Shown piece by piece: positions 50,608 to 63,022 of a DNA stretch of 64,000 nucleotides. Position numbers and translations under genes: made by a program. The number at the start of each line of letters is the position of its first letter. Positions within the stretch are counted from its first letter, which is position 1. The stretch comes from Amphiscolops sp. MND2022 (lineage: Eukaryota). The notes beneath the pieces were generated by a model. The model made no database searches and had not been told where the DNA came from. It saw nothing but the letters and a program-made list of their open reading frames with translations. Where the stretch lies: positions 85,066,001 to 85,130,000 of the forward strand of contig OZ076409.1 of assembly GCA_964187785.1 (NCBI GenBank), given 5' to 3'.

Positions 50608-51691
50608 TGGTGACAGGAGCTACCAAACCACTTCATCGTCAAAGCTCAAACAACACAACGACAACACACAATGAACATCTGATTGCTGAACCACTCAACA
50701 TTCAGCAAGACCCCGTTAACCAAATAGCTATGGCTATTGAGAAATTAGCGAGTCGTAATTCACAACCATCACTCTTTCATCCAAAAAATACACTCACTTT
50801 TAACGGGAAATTGAAAAAGAATGAGAAATTCGAATTTTTCGAAGATCTTTTCCACACAACACTCAGAATGCAACCCGCATTAACCGAGGAAATGAAAATA
50901 AACCATTTTCACGCACATTTACGTGGACTAGCATTGAAAACATTCAAAAACATCCAACGAACACCAACAACTACGCTTGAAGACATACTGGTAGTGTTCC
51001 GGAGAAAATATGTCAAGCCCGAATCTAGCGCGTCAGCAAAACATAGATTTCATCGCTTGGTTTTTGACCCGGAACGCCAGAAACTACCAGACTTCCTAGA
51101 AGAATTACAGGAAAGCGCCGAAAAAGCTTTCTGTGACATGCATCACAAATGATAGAAAGTCTATTATACGCAAAAATGCCACCACACCTGAAACGTTCTA
51201 TTAACCAAGCCTATCTTGAGAATGGAACATACGAGCAAATAGTCCGACATCTCGAACGAGAGATGGAATTAAACGGACTCGAATCAGAAGACACTGGCGT
51301 TAAAACGCAAATGGCAGTAATAAACAAAACAGCAGAAGACAAACCGACGCAGCAGAAAACTGCAACAACGAAAAAGAAACAACAAACACCAAAAACAGTG
51401 CCCAACAATACATTACAAGATGACCAATGTCGTTATTGTAAAAACACGGGGCACAAGGCAGCAGACTGCGCTAAACTAGCAAAACGCCGTAAGCTAGAAG
51501 AAGACCCCGATGCCACACGCTGTACGCATTGTAACGCACCAGGAAATGAAGAACCAACATGCTACTTCGGTGCAAATATGGAAAATCGTCCCCCGAAGTG
51601 GACACTAACCGAAGCACAGAAAAAACTCATTGAAAATTACAAAAATTCCAACAAACATATTAACCCGAAAGCACCCCGACAACAACCTTGA
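50043..51691 (+). pseudogene. gag: Gypsy gag (one frameshift at ~51145)
   Basis: MGNKRNRRSR...TFNGKLKKNEKFEFFEDLF...KINHFHAHLRGLALKTF; zinc knuckle CRYCKNTGHKAADC and a degenerate second knuckle CTHCNAPGNEEPTC. Confidence 0.85.
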
Positions 51692-51884
51692 CATAAAAAA
51701 CGAAAAAACACCAGAAACCTCACCACAAAATTTACCAGAACCTCTTCCTAAAAACAATTTTGAACCTCTCCAAACACAAGACTAACCTGTAGTACCAACC
51801 GAACCTGCATCAATACAAAAACAACCAGTCATAGATGATGAAATTCAAAATCATCTTACGATTAATAAAGACACAGATATACCA

Positions 51885-54800
51885 ATGCTTCTTTTATCAA
51901 CCAACCTGACGCTAAAAAGCAAACGACATATGTATTATGTTCCAATGGATTTTGAAAAACTTACACTCGACGGTCTAATTGATACCGGAGCTCTCACGAG
52001 CGCAATATCGGAACAAGACCTAAATAAAATCAAACTTCTTGCACCAGAAGCAATAACAGACACAGGTCCCGCACCCAATTTTCAAATAATGGTAGCAAAC
52101 GGACAATTGGAAACACCAATCGGAACAGTCTGCCTAACACTCGAAGTGGCAGATTTTATGTTTAAAGAAAAGTTCATCGTCATGAAAATTTTACCGAATC
52201 CTCTAATCGGACTTTGTTTTTTAAAAAAGAACAATGCCATTTTCGACATCCGACAAGGAATATTGACTTTTCCACATTTATCAATGCAACTGAAACCAGA
52301 ACACAGTCTTCCAACACGACAATCAACACCACTACTTGCAGAAGCAACATACACATTGCAACCAGGTGAAACAATGCTCATCGCAAGCAGAATGCCGCAT
52401 TTAATTGATCATGACGCAACAGGCATAGTAACGCCATCTACGCACCTTGAGGATCATGACACACTTTTCCTAGTATCTTCCCTCTGCACAGTCAACAATA
52501 ACGTAGTCAGATACCAGATCTGTAACTTCTCAGAACTACCATATACGATCACAACAGACACACATCTAGCCGACTTTCGAGTCTTAACTCCAGAACAATT
52601 GAAACACATCAAACCAATTAACCCTTCAATGCTAACATTCATCATGCACCAACATACTGAAGTTACGGACGTATACCTCAATGAACTTCTAAAAGTAAAC
52701 GACAAAGAAGACAAAACGGAACAATACTGGTTTCCAACACCGAAACAACCTGGAGACCCCACAACATACACACCCATTCAGAAACGAATATTTGACGAAC
52801 TAGTGGAACTTCAAACACTAGAAAAACTCAACCCACAAGACGACGAAAAATCACGCAAAACATTTCTTGACAATTTCGACTGGAGTGACACAACACTCAC
52901 ACGGTTTGAACGACAAAAGGTAGAAGAACTGCTGGTTGAATTTCATGATATTTTTGCCAGACACCGGTTTGACATCGGGACAAATAGAGAATTCAAAGTC
53001 AAACTCACACCAAATGATGATCGACCAGCATATAGTCAAAGTCTTCCAACTCCGATCAACCTAAAAGACGACATCACGGTAGAACTTGCCCTACTTTACA
53101 AATATGGTATAATAACAACTCTACCGTTCTCTAAATACGCAAGTCCAATTTTTGCACAACGAAAACCTAATGGTTGTTTGCGACTCTTAGTCGATTTGCG
53201 CAAGATAAATAATCTCATCTCTGAAGACTACGTAAATAACAATCACCCAGTCAGTACACTATCCGATGCAGCACAACATATGGCCGGAAAGAAATTATTC
53301 TGTAAACTTGACTGTTCACAAGCGTACCACTGCCTTCAGATGGCAGATTACCAATCAATTCAGATGTTGGCCTTTAACTTCGCTAGCCGAACTTTTGCGT
53401 ATCGACGATTAGCACAGGGCCTTAGCCGATCACTTTCAGCATTCTCTAGTTTCATACGGGAATACTTAGACACCCTCATCAAAGCAGACCAATGCGCCCA
53501 ATACGTCGACGACATCGGAATCGCAGCAAACACAGTGTTACAACTGTGTATAAACATCCGAGCAGTCTTCGAATGTATACGGAACGCAGGACTGAAAGTG
53601 TCAATGTCAAAATGCCATTTTGGAGTCAAACAGGTCGATTTCCTGGGAAGAACGATCACACCTGAAGGAGTTTCTCCCCAAGTAGACAAAAACAAAGATT
53701 TCTTAACGAAACTTAAATTCCCCAAATCCAAAAAAGGCCTTCAAAGGTATATTGGTTTTCTGAATTATTACACAAATTATATACCACGCCTTTCGGAACG
53801 ACTCACCCCTTTCTTCAAACTACTGAAGGAAACCAACAAATTCTACATTTCTACCGAACTTACAAGCAATTTTGAACAACTAAGCAACCTTCTCCTTCAA
53901 TCTTGCCAGATGGCGCTCAAACAACCACTTAAAGACAAACAACTAATCGTCATGTCTGATGCCAGTTTCACAGCTGCAGGATATGCGATTATGATCGAAG
54001 ACGACCCTCAACAAAAACTACAATCAAAACGCAAAACATACGCACCAATAGCTTTTGGCTCAAAAACTTTCAACCCAACCCAATTAAAAATGTCAATATA
54101 TGCGAAGGAGTTTTTAGCCATCTTCTTTGCATTCTCAGAATTTGGGCACCTAATGTGGGGAAGTACTTTTCCCGTAATTGTTTTCACCGACAACCGAGCA
54201 GTCACAAGATTCTTCCAAACAAAAATCATTCCCCCAGCACTATGGAACGCATGCGACTACGTCCTACAGTACATTTTCGTCATAGCACATGTGGCAGGAG
54301 CAATGAATACAGCTGCAGACTTCTTGTCGCGATTGGAAATTAATCCGAAGGAAAAACTAGAAATGAATTTACGTAACGACATACAAACAAAAGCTATCGA
54401 GGTTAATATCCAATCCTCCGGCATAGCCGAGGAAGAACAAATTTACGTCCACCCAGACGATGAAAATGATGAAAAAACACTCTGGGAACAAAAAGACAAT
54501 ATCCGAAATCAAGCACAAACAGAAACACACAATGAACCGGAAAACGAAATAACTGAATTACAAAATTTCCATAAACCAACTGCCGGAACAATAGATTATC
54601 GGGAAGGACATTTCCGAGACAATGCAAAAATCCGACTCGAACAAAATAATGATCCAGTCTTTCGCAATCTCAGAGCAAAAATAGAGGGTGAGCCTTTTGA
54701 TGAATCAGCGTTCATACAAGACAATCGTTACCAACACTACCTACAAAACATACCCCGCATCGAAACCCGCCAAGACATCCTTGTACGAAAATACTACAAT

Positions 54801-56087
54801 GATATTGGACAAATCTCACACTACCAAATACTCTTACCTAAACAGCTTCTCGAAGAGTTCCTACAAGCATTGCATGGACACAATGCAAATCACCCAGGAA
54901 AAACAAAGATGATACAGGAAGCACGACAGAAATACTATTACCCATGCTTAGCAAAACACATCAAAAATTGGGTACAAAAGTGCCAAATGTGCATTCAAAA
55001 CAAAAGAATCAATAACGATCTACTGAAAACAGAACTCTTAAATTGTCCAGAATGGGACCTTGGCCCAGAAGATATTCTTCAGATGGATATTTTACCTAAT
55101 CTTCCACCAAGTGGAGGGTTTGATAACATCATAACAGCAATCGACGTCTTCTCAAAATTTTTATTTGCTTACCCAACAACCCGAATCACAGCCCCTACAG
55201 TCGCAAGAGTCATTATGGACATTTTGTGCAAACACACATATTTACCAACGACCATAATAACTGACATGGGAACTCAATTCAACTCACAAATCACCCGAGA
55301 AGTAGCATCAGTGCTTGGAGTTTAATTAAAACACGCTTCGACAAAACATGCACAAACAATTGGCATGCTAGAACGCACTCATGCTACAGTAAAAACACAT
55401 TTGAAAGCAGCTACAGGTGAATTTCGCAATAATTGGCACAAATTCCTACCACTGTCTGTCTTAAACCACAATACAACGTATCATGCCAGCTTAGGGTGTG
55501 AACTCACCCGTGTTTTCCACGGCAGGATACCACATAACATCCTAGACTACAAGCTAGGCTATAATCCTAACCCACGGTATACTCCACAGACTGACATAGC
55601 AGAAGAAATACAACGCAGAATGGACATACTCAATGACCAAACCAAAAAGAATATCATGCAGTCATACTTAAAATACAAAGCATACTATGACCGCAAGGCA
55701 AAGGCAGCACCGCTTACAACAACAGACTACTGTTATATACTGAACCCAAAGGCAGACACACAAGCAACAAAAACTCCGTTCCGCGAATTCCGTTGGATAG
55801 GTCCTTACAAAGTTGAAAAAGTCCTACCTAACAACAACTACATCGTACGAAGGCTAGGCACAAACAAAACACAACTGTTACACCGAATACGTCTGAGGAA
55901 ATTTACACCTAGCGCTCCACTAGCCGATAATTTTGTCAGAGAAACAGATTGGCAAAAAGATGACAACATAATAGTTACACACGATGATCTGTATGCCCAT
56001 ACATGGGATACAAACTTTGGTACAGATCCATTTGAAACAGAACTCCCAGATAATGAACAAGATAAACCGATAAATATATACCGATAA
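51885..56087 (+). pseudogene. pol: Gypsy pol (PR, RT, RNase H, integrase); one in-frame stop at 55323-55325
   Basis: LIDTGA (protease), LRLLVDLRKIN/KLDCSQAYH/QYVDDI (RT), MSDASFTAAG/FTDNR (RNase H), H-H-CxxC plus QMDIL/TDMGTQF/LER (integrase), WIGPYKV (GPY/F). Confidence 0.95.
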
Positions 56088-56533
56088 ACCACCCACCCTC
56101 CCTCGAAATTTCAAAAAACAGTGGGGGAGCCCCGGTAGAACAAACTACCGTTCCTAATATAGAAACTCTACCCGAAAATGCAGAAAATGAAATCGATATA
56201 AATGATAATCAACAAGACTCACAACCTAACCCTACTATTGATGCAGAAAAATCCCCAGAAAATACAGATGGAAATCGAGAAAATGATGAGGTTCAAAAAG
56301 AAAAAACCCCTACCAATACACGTGGTGAAAAATACAATCTACGACCCAACCCAAATCCTAACTTTTCAGACTCCTACCGATATTAAAAACAAAAAGTAAT
56401 ACAAACTCAACTCCCTAGCTTCCTGTTAAAGAATCAACAAAAAATCAAGAAAAGAAGCAATGAAAATTGCGGAAAGTTGTAGCATAAATTGAGTACGTGG
56501 CGTAAACAAAGTTTATCTAAATCTGACTATTCG

Positions 56534-59500
56534 CTAATGCATAGCTGGTTTTCCTTTCTTCTGCTTCTTCTTATCACCAGCGGAAGAGACAGCAGAAGTT
56601 GAAGCAGTTAGGAAGGGAAGCTCAATCAAACTACGAACAACTGGGGCAACACTGGAATCTGCAGTAACTGGCTGTTTAGTCTTATCTGGAGACGACTTCT
56701 CAGGAGAGGACTTCTCTGGAGAAGATTTCGCTGAAAAAGACTTCACAGGGGAACTAGCATTACTACTACTACGGCTAGAGCAAAGACTGGGTTATTCTCT
56801 GCAGTAATCCAAGTACGACTGTCAACAGCAACATTCTTGGCGTAACAGGATTCCAAAGTAGACGGCAAGCCAATCTTCAAAAAATGAGTAGAACTCAAGA
56901 GATTCCATAATGAGAACTTGCGTTTGAGAAGTAGCCCAGGCCCCTGGTTGAGGAGATCGTATACACGAGGAAGTGCAGCAGTAGACAAGAAAAGACTCTA
57001 CTTTTTGAATGGAACTGAGGGAACACTGAAGGCTCTTCACGCAAGAAGAGAATTCCACTTTACTAGATTTTAAGCCAGGCAAAGGTACAACAAAGTTTGG
57101 AGGTGGACAACAAGGGCTTCTGAGCGATTCACAACAAACTTTAAAGAGGCGGAATAATTCCAGTCTGCATTGAAGCTCATGGTAGCAGGAAATGAAACTG
57201 ACCCATTCCTTTGAGCTAGAAACTTTGTCTGCACGAAACTTGGTGACGAGAGAACAGTACTCGCTCACTATAACAGGCTTTACATGGGGGGAGATCCATC
57301 GCTTTTGAACGAAGTATCCAGCAAGGGTTTGGATAGAGTCTTCATACTGCGCCTCCTGACCATCGCGTATCACAGCTTCATCGAACGACGACAGCCCACG
57401 AGCAAATGAAGACGTAGCCATTTCACAAGAAAGCAACTGTTTGACAAAATAACGGTAGAACGATATGGCTTGCTCAGCGAACTTCCGAGGGGTTGGGATC
57501 TTGCTTCTATATAACAGATCGGAGAGGTCTTTATCCTGCAGGAATTCATCAACTGTCTTGATAGGCAAAGTGACTTCACTCATGTTTAATTGCATGTAAT
57601 TGTCCCAATCGCTGATGCTCCCAAGGAAGGATGTAGGGAAGATGGTTTGCATCTGAGTGTATACAAAAACACAGAACTGGTTGTAGATACGAAATCCTCC
57701 AGCTACACTCGCATCCACTTCCTTGAAGGTTGAATTGTCTAGAACAAAAGGAAACTTATGAAGCGTGAGATGAAACTAATACGGAACCTCCAAAACAGAT
57801 GAAATTTTGTGCAATACATTGAAATCTACTTTGGAAGATTACATTTGGAACAAAACGATCAAAGATGAATACTAACATTGACTCAAGATGTTGCGGATGA
57901 TAAACAGCCGTACAACCAGTACACGATCCTTGGTGATGTCATCCATCCCAGAAGGCTGAAAAGGAACCAAAAATTATATAAAAACCATGTGAAGAATACC
58001 CAATAAGGAAGCAAATAAAAAGAGAAACCTCTTGGATATGAGAACGATATGCAGCCACTCTCCTGCTGTCCCGCACATGGGAAGTGACGTGCTCCCAGTT
58101 CTGAATCAGTTGATCGAGAATCTCAACAGCTTGTATTAGGTCATAGTCAAGATTGAACGCCAACTGTAACAACACAAAATTTTGACTTCTATTACGTAAA
58201 AACATGAAGTGAAAAAGAGCACGTGCCAAAATCAAAGAAACAGTCGAACACAGATATTCACGTGCAGAATTTTGAAACAAATATCGTTTGGTGACTCATT
58301 CGTTACAACCTACTCAATTACGTAATCATGAACAAAACTTTTGAAAAAATTAATTGAGAAGACTAATTGTGCCGCATTATGCTGCAGGCTTGGATATGCA
58401 ACAAAGAAATATCTGCAAAGTGTCATATGCGAAAAGAAACTTATTTTCTCCTAAAAGGGAAGAAATCCACACAAGAAAGAGAACTGTGAACCAAGAGCAT
58501 AATAGTCGTGTTTACATGAAAACAATATTATGTCACCAAGCAAATATTCCTACAAAATGTTTGGAAAATGAAATATAAAAGATAAACCTTTTCAAAATTT
58601 GGAATGGACGATAGCCAGGAGCTTCCACAAGCGGATCTCAGTCGAAGAAGCAGGAAATCCAGAACACTCCTGAAGTCAAGTCTGTCAAGAATTTGGACTG
58701 TGGGAACGAGTAGAAGATCCTCCAAGTCCTCAGGACCGAATTTCGGCGTACAACAGCTCCTTTTGTGCTGAGGTAGGACCCGGGAAATAGTCCAAGCAAG
58801 ACGTCGAGAAAATCCAGATAAGAAAAGCAAGTGTACCTCTTTGTCTAGTAGAGCGAAGAAACTGCTAACGATTGGAATCGAGGCAGACTGGTTGGTAAGT
58901 TGGCCGGGGAGAACGGCTAAACACATGCTGTGTAATGAATTTCCAGACCAGAAATTCACAAAGAGCCTCGTTTCTTGTGCCGTGAATGCCAACCGGAGGG
59001 AGTAGCTGCCCGAGGATTCAATAGAAGTAATGCAGTATGATAGGAGCTCACGAAACATGTGAGCTAGCAGCGCCTATAAAGAAACAACCTTTCTCAATAC
59101 CTAGATTTTTTGCAGACAAAACCCACTACCAAAACAACTTACCAAGATCCTTTGTGGCCTCCAATCGTGTGTGGAAACAGGTTCTGAAGTCCTTGTCTCC
59201 GTGATCAGGTCATGCCAGAGTGCGATCAGAGACTCCAAATGCCCACCATGTCGTAATCCGAACTTGAGTAGGGTCAATTGTGACAAAGTCTCCTTGTCTG
59301 GGTTATCTGGTTCCGTTTTGTCTGGCAGTTCCTGCTGATCAACTCGGAGGTAATAATCGCCAAGTTTGGGGGCGATCGGGTATTCCCGTTTGGCTCTCTC
59401 CTTTGCGTACTTTAGGGCCATTCCACTCAATCCTATGCACTGTTTATCGAATAGTGCAAGTCCAGGAGTCTCCATACGGATTCTGTGTTCCCGTACTAGA

Positions 59501-60826
59501 TGTGCATCGGTCCGATAGTGCCGTAGCATTTCTAAAGAACCTTTAGTCTTGAGAGAAAGCTCTACCATACAGACGCGACAGCGGTACTTATTTGGATGGC
59601 GGGCGGCATCAGAAGGTGCTGTGGCAAAGAACCTGAGGATGGGGTACTTGTCGTACATCCATTCGGCGAGCATATGTTGAGGCTTAGCCCGTTTTTTGAC
59701 TGGACCAGTTGTCTTCTCTGCCTTACGTTTCCTGAGAGGCTTCTCGGGAGTAACGACAAACGGATGCCTGATGATTGTCCCCAACTACATCTGGTGGATT
59801 TGTTACGGTAATAGCCTCAGTCTCGGGGCGTCCTCCCAGCCCGCCGCGCTCATCGGTTTCAGCAGATTCCGAAACCATTAAATTGGAGCTGAGTTGAATC
59901 TGTTTATTAGCAGCTTCCTCTGCCGCTTCGGCTAAGAGTCTTTCTAAACGAGTTGCTCCAGTGTCTTGGGGGTCAGAATTTTCGGGGCTCTTCGTCTCCG
60001 AGGTAACAGCACACGTGTCGCTTTTCCCTTGTTTCTTAGGGGGATCAGTCTTTTTGATTAAATACCGAGTAAAAGGAGATCCTTTGGCTGAAACTGGAGT
60101 GTTCCCAGTCCGGGTTGCCGGAGAGTCCTTGCCTTTACGAAGCACAAATTTTGAAGAAACGGCGCCAGGAGGTGTTGATGGACCTACTGAATTTCCACGT
60201 ATGGGATCTTCGGTAATTTCTGTTACTTCAGGAGCGTCGCCTTTGTCAGCTGTTCCAGTTTGAATATCCTCAGCTGTATCTGTCTGCTTCCCATTTGGGG
60301 AAACACAGTCTGACGAATCAACGGCATTCACAAGTTCGTCGAAATTATCTCCCAATAGGACTCGAGGAACAAAAGCTGGAGGGAGGTCTTCCTCATCAAG
60401 GGAAAATCGGGTATTATAGCCGCATTCGAGCAGAGTCCTTTGGATCCTAGCAGATTTTCGCGGCTCAGAACATTCGGCACTGCGTTTTGTTTGTGTAGCT
60501 GAGCTAGAACCTGGAATAAAAATCGGAATGGAATTATGCTAGAAACCAAAACCGGAAGTTAGCGTTTCCGTTCAAAAAACTTGAAGACAGGAAGTTGATA
60601 AATCGGAAAGATATGTCAACGAAATACGAGTCTGGCCAACTTGTATTCAAAATCTGAGACGTCTCAAAAAAGCAAGAAAGCAACAATAATACACAAAGAA
60701 AATGAACTCAAGCTTACCTGGCAAAATAGCTGCAGTGTTCAACGGTTGATCCCGGGAAGTTGATGCTGTCCTTTTCTCCTTTGAAGCCTTGCGACGCCAA
60801 TTGGAAGTGCTCCTTGAGCGAACCAT
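56534..60826 (-). CDS. Six-exon antisense gene inside the Gypsy element: BED-type zinc finger protein, probably hAT-transposase-derived (this copy has ~3 frameshifts)
   Basis: Exons 60826-60718, 60510-59143, 59073-58588, 58163-58029, 57955-57877 and 57738-56534. All five introns are GT-AG with pyrimidine tracts and consistent phases (1,0,0,0,1). Motif CRVCMVELSLKTKGSLEMLRHYRTDAH. Frameshifts near 59780, 56985 and 56745. Confidence 0.75.
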
Positions 60827-61014
60827 GATGGAAGAATTGACAATGAAAGGGCGTAACTAATTACCAATTGAAACTAATAATGAATTGAATAAAAATCAAA
60901 AACTATGAGTTGTGAGCAAAAACACGAAAGCGGGAAGCAAGGAAACGTTGGTTGAGAACAATGTGAGACTGTAGAATTTGACTTTGGACTACGAAACTTT
61001 ACAAACAAACAAAA

Positions 61015-61021
61015 TTATATA
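61015..61021 (-). promoter_or_regulatory. Candidate TATA box of the antisense gene
   Basis: Minus-strand CCATATATAATT about 190 bp upstream of the ATG at 60826. Confidence 0.35.
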
Positions 61022-61882
61022 TGGCGTGGCTTCCGGCTGATTAGAACACAATTAGCATATTTGCGCAAATGCTCAATGCTGAATGGCTGAAATAGTTTGA
61101 AACCAATCATGCCTGCCAGCGAGATTGGTATTTAGAACAGTACAGCTTAGTGCGTTTACATACACATGATGCGCCGCCCCCTAGTGACGAAACGAGGAAA
61201 TGAACGAAACTGCTTACATCCTACAGCACAACGCAAGATGGTGTTTGACCTAAAACAAATGACATCACATAACCCTATGCATCATTTGGATACCATGAGA
61301 TAATGACATATTCCAAAACCAGCATACTTATGCTGAAATAGTCGTCATGAAGCAGTGTCTACATGATTCAAGGGAGTGAATTAAATGCTTTTAATTCTGA
61401 AACTTGTCATGTATTTTGATTAAAAGTCATGTAATTTGGTTTTATTTTTTACTTTTGTTGGTGATATGATTTAAAACGCATGCTATATTTCCATAAAGGA
61501 AAATTTGTAAATTCCAAAAAATAAAAATCGAGTTCTCAAAATTCATCATGTAAAGTCTCATTCATATTTGTTTACAGTCAATTATTATGCCTCTGTCATC
61601 TCGAATGGAAAATTAACACCCTTATCCGCCATAAATGGAAGTTGTAAAGAAAACTTCATTTTGTTGTGGAGCTATTTAAATAAGATTGAGATATCATCTA
61701 ACGCTTACCCTAAAATTGCCGGGAAAAGGGTTAACAAGAAAGGAAGATGACACCACAAACTACCTACCATATTTGGAAAACCCGGGAGAATAGTGAAAGT
61801 GTGAAGAAAAACGGAAAGGATTCATTCAGTCAAAACTTTCTGAGGAAAGCAGTTGAAACCTTAAAATCAAAACGAAAGCAAA

Positions 61883-63022
61883 ATGTCAAGAAGCTCAAAT
61901 CTCTTCACCATCGATGAGGATATGCAATCCATCTCCACAAATTCCCCTGGATTAATTAATATATCCAGTGACTCTGGGGAAGAATTTGTAACCGAGCAGT
62001 CCTATGTCGACCCAATTGACTTGAGATTCAGTGCCGGAGGGCCACTGCAAGACTCGATGTTGGCTTTTGTCAACGAATATGCGGCTAGACTGTTCGCAGT
62101 TAGTGAGACAGTGTCGAGGGAAGATTCTTTCATCGACGTTATCGGATCTGAAATTGAAAGAGAAATATTGAGCACAATAACCGAAAACACTGAACTACCT
62201 GACTTTTCGCTTTCATCATTCGTCGAGTCAGACGAGAGCAATGAAGATAATTTACTGTTAAACGCGGACTTCGCGAACGCACCAAGAAATAGTTATGGTA
62301 GGCCAATAGTCGCTGTTCCCCCGATGCGCGCTGGAGAAATAATAGCACAGAGGCCTCCACCGTCACAAAATAATGTCAACAACCACCTGAGTGATCTCCA
62401 TAGAAATGGTCCGCTAACACCAGTGCCAATAACTCCAATAGTGATACCCCAAGAAATTCCAATCGCAAATCAACCGCATCAAAATAACCGTACTAGAGGG
62501 ATCCTGCAAACGCCCTTAAGGGACCAAAACTTTAACTCAAATACTCAACAGCACATTTCTACCTTGATTGGCCGTGGAGCAATCCCTTTACAACATGCCG
62601 GAATAACTAACATACAACATCCTGGTAACCTAGATAACTCTGGATATTATTACAACTCCGCTGGGCAACTATATTCAGACCCACAAGGTGTTCACAACAA
62701 CCCCGGTGTAGCTGAGACTTACCCTACCCAAGCATACAGCAGTATGCAGGAACAGCCAATCCACAGAAGGATGCAGCTTAACCCGCCCGTAATGCCGCAC
62801 GTTCAGGGGAACTGTCACTGGTGTGGAAAAACCTATGATGAAGTAGCCCTTGACGCCTTAGCAGCTTACACGATTGCCACCGAATACCCAGGTGAAACAG
62901 TGCGAGACCGGAACATCAGGTCACGAGCCTATCTAGATGGGTTCGAGGCCGCACTCATTTGCTTCAAAAATGCTGGCCTGTCACAGCCTAGAGCTTGTGC
63001 TGGACCCGTGGAGCAGCGATAG
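61883..63022 (+). CDS. Intact 379-aa accessory ORF of the Gypsy element, unknown function
   Basis: ATG-started, uninterrupted. Acidic N-terminus, Pro/Gln/Asn-rich middle, C-terminal CHWCGK... helical domain. No signal peptide or TM segment. The last 14 codons overlap the repeated LTR sequence. Confidence 0.7.
   Translation: MSRSSNLFTIDEDMQSISTNSPGLINISSDSGEEFVTEQSYVDPIDLRFSAGGPLQDSMLAFVNEYAARLFAVSETVSREDSFIDVIGSEIEREILSTITENTELPDFSLSSFVESDESNEDNLLLNADFANAPRNSYGRPIVAVPPMRAGEIIAQRPPPSQNNVNNHLSDLHRNGPLTPVPITPIVIPQEIPIANQPHQNNRTRGILQTPLRDQNFNSNTQQHISTLIGRGAIPLQHAGITNIQHPGNLDNSGYYYNSAGQLYSDPQGVHNNPGVAETYPTQAYSSMQEQPIHRRMQLNPPVMPHVQGNCHWCGKTYDEVALDALAAYTIATEYPGETVRDRNIRSRAYLDGFEAALICFKNAGLSQPRACAGPVEQR

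Noticed and set aside
61883..63022. env gene
   Set aside because: No signal peptide, furin site plus fusion peptide, or transmembrane segment.
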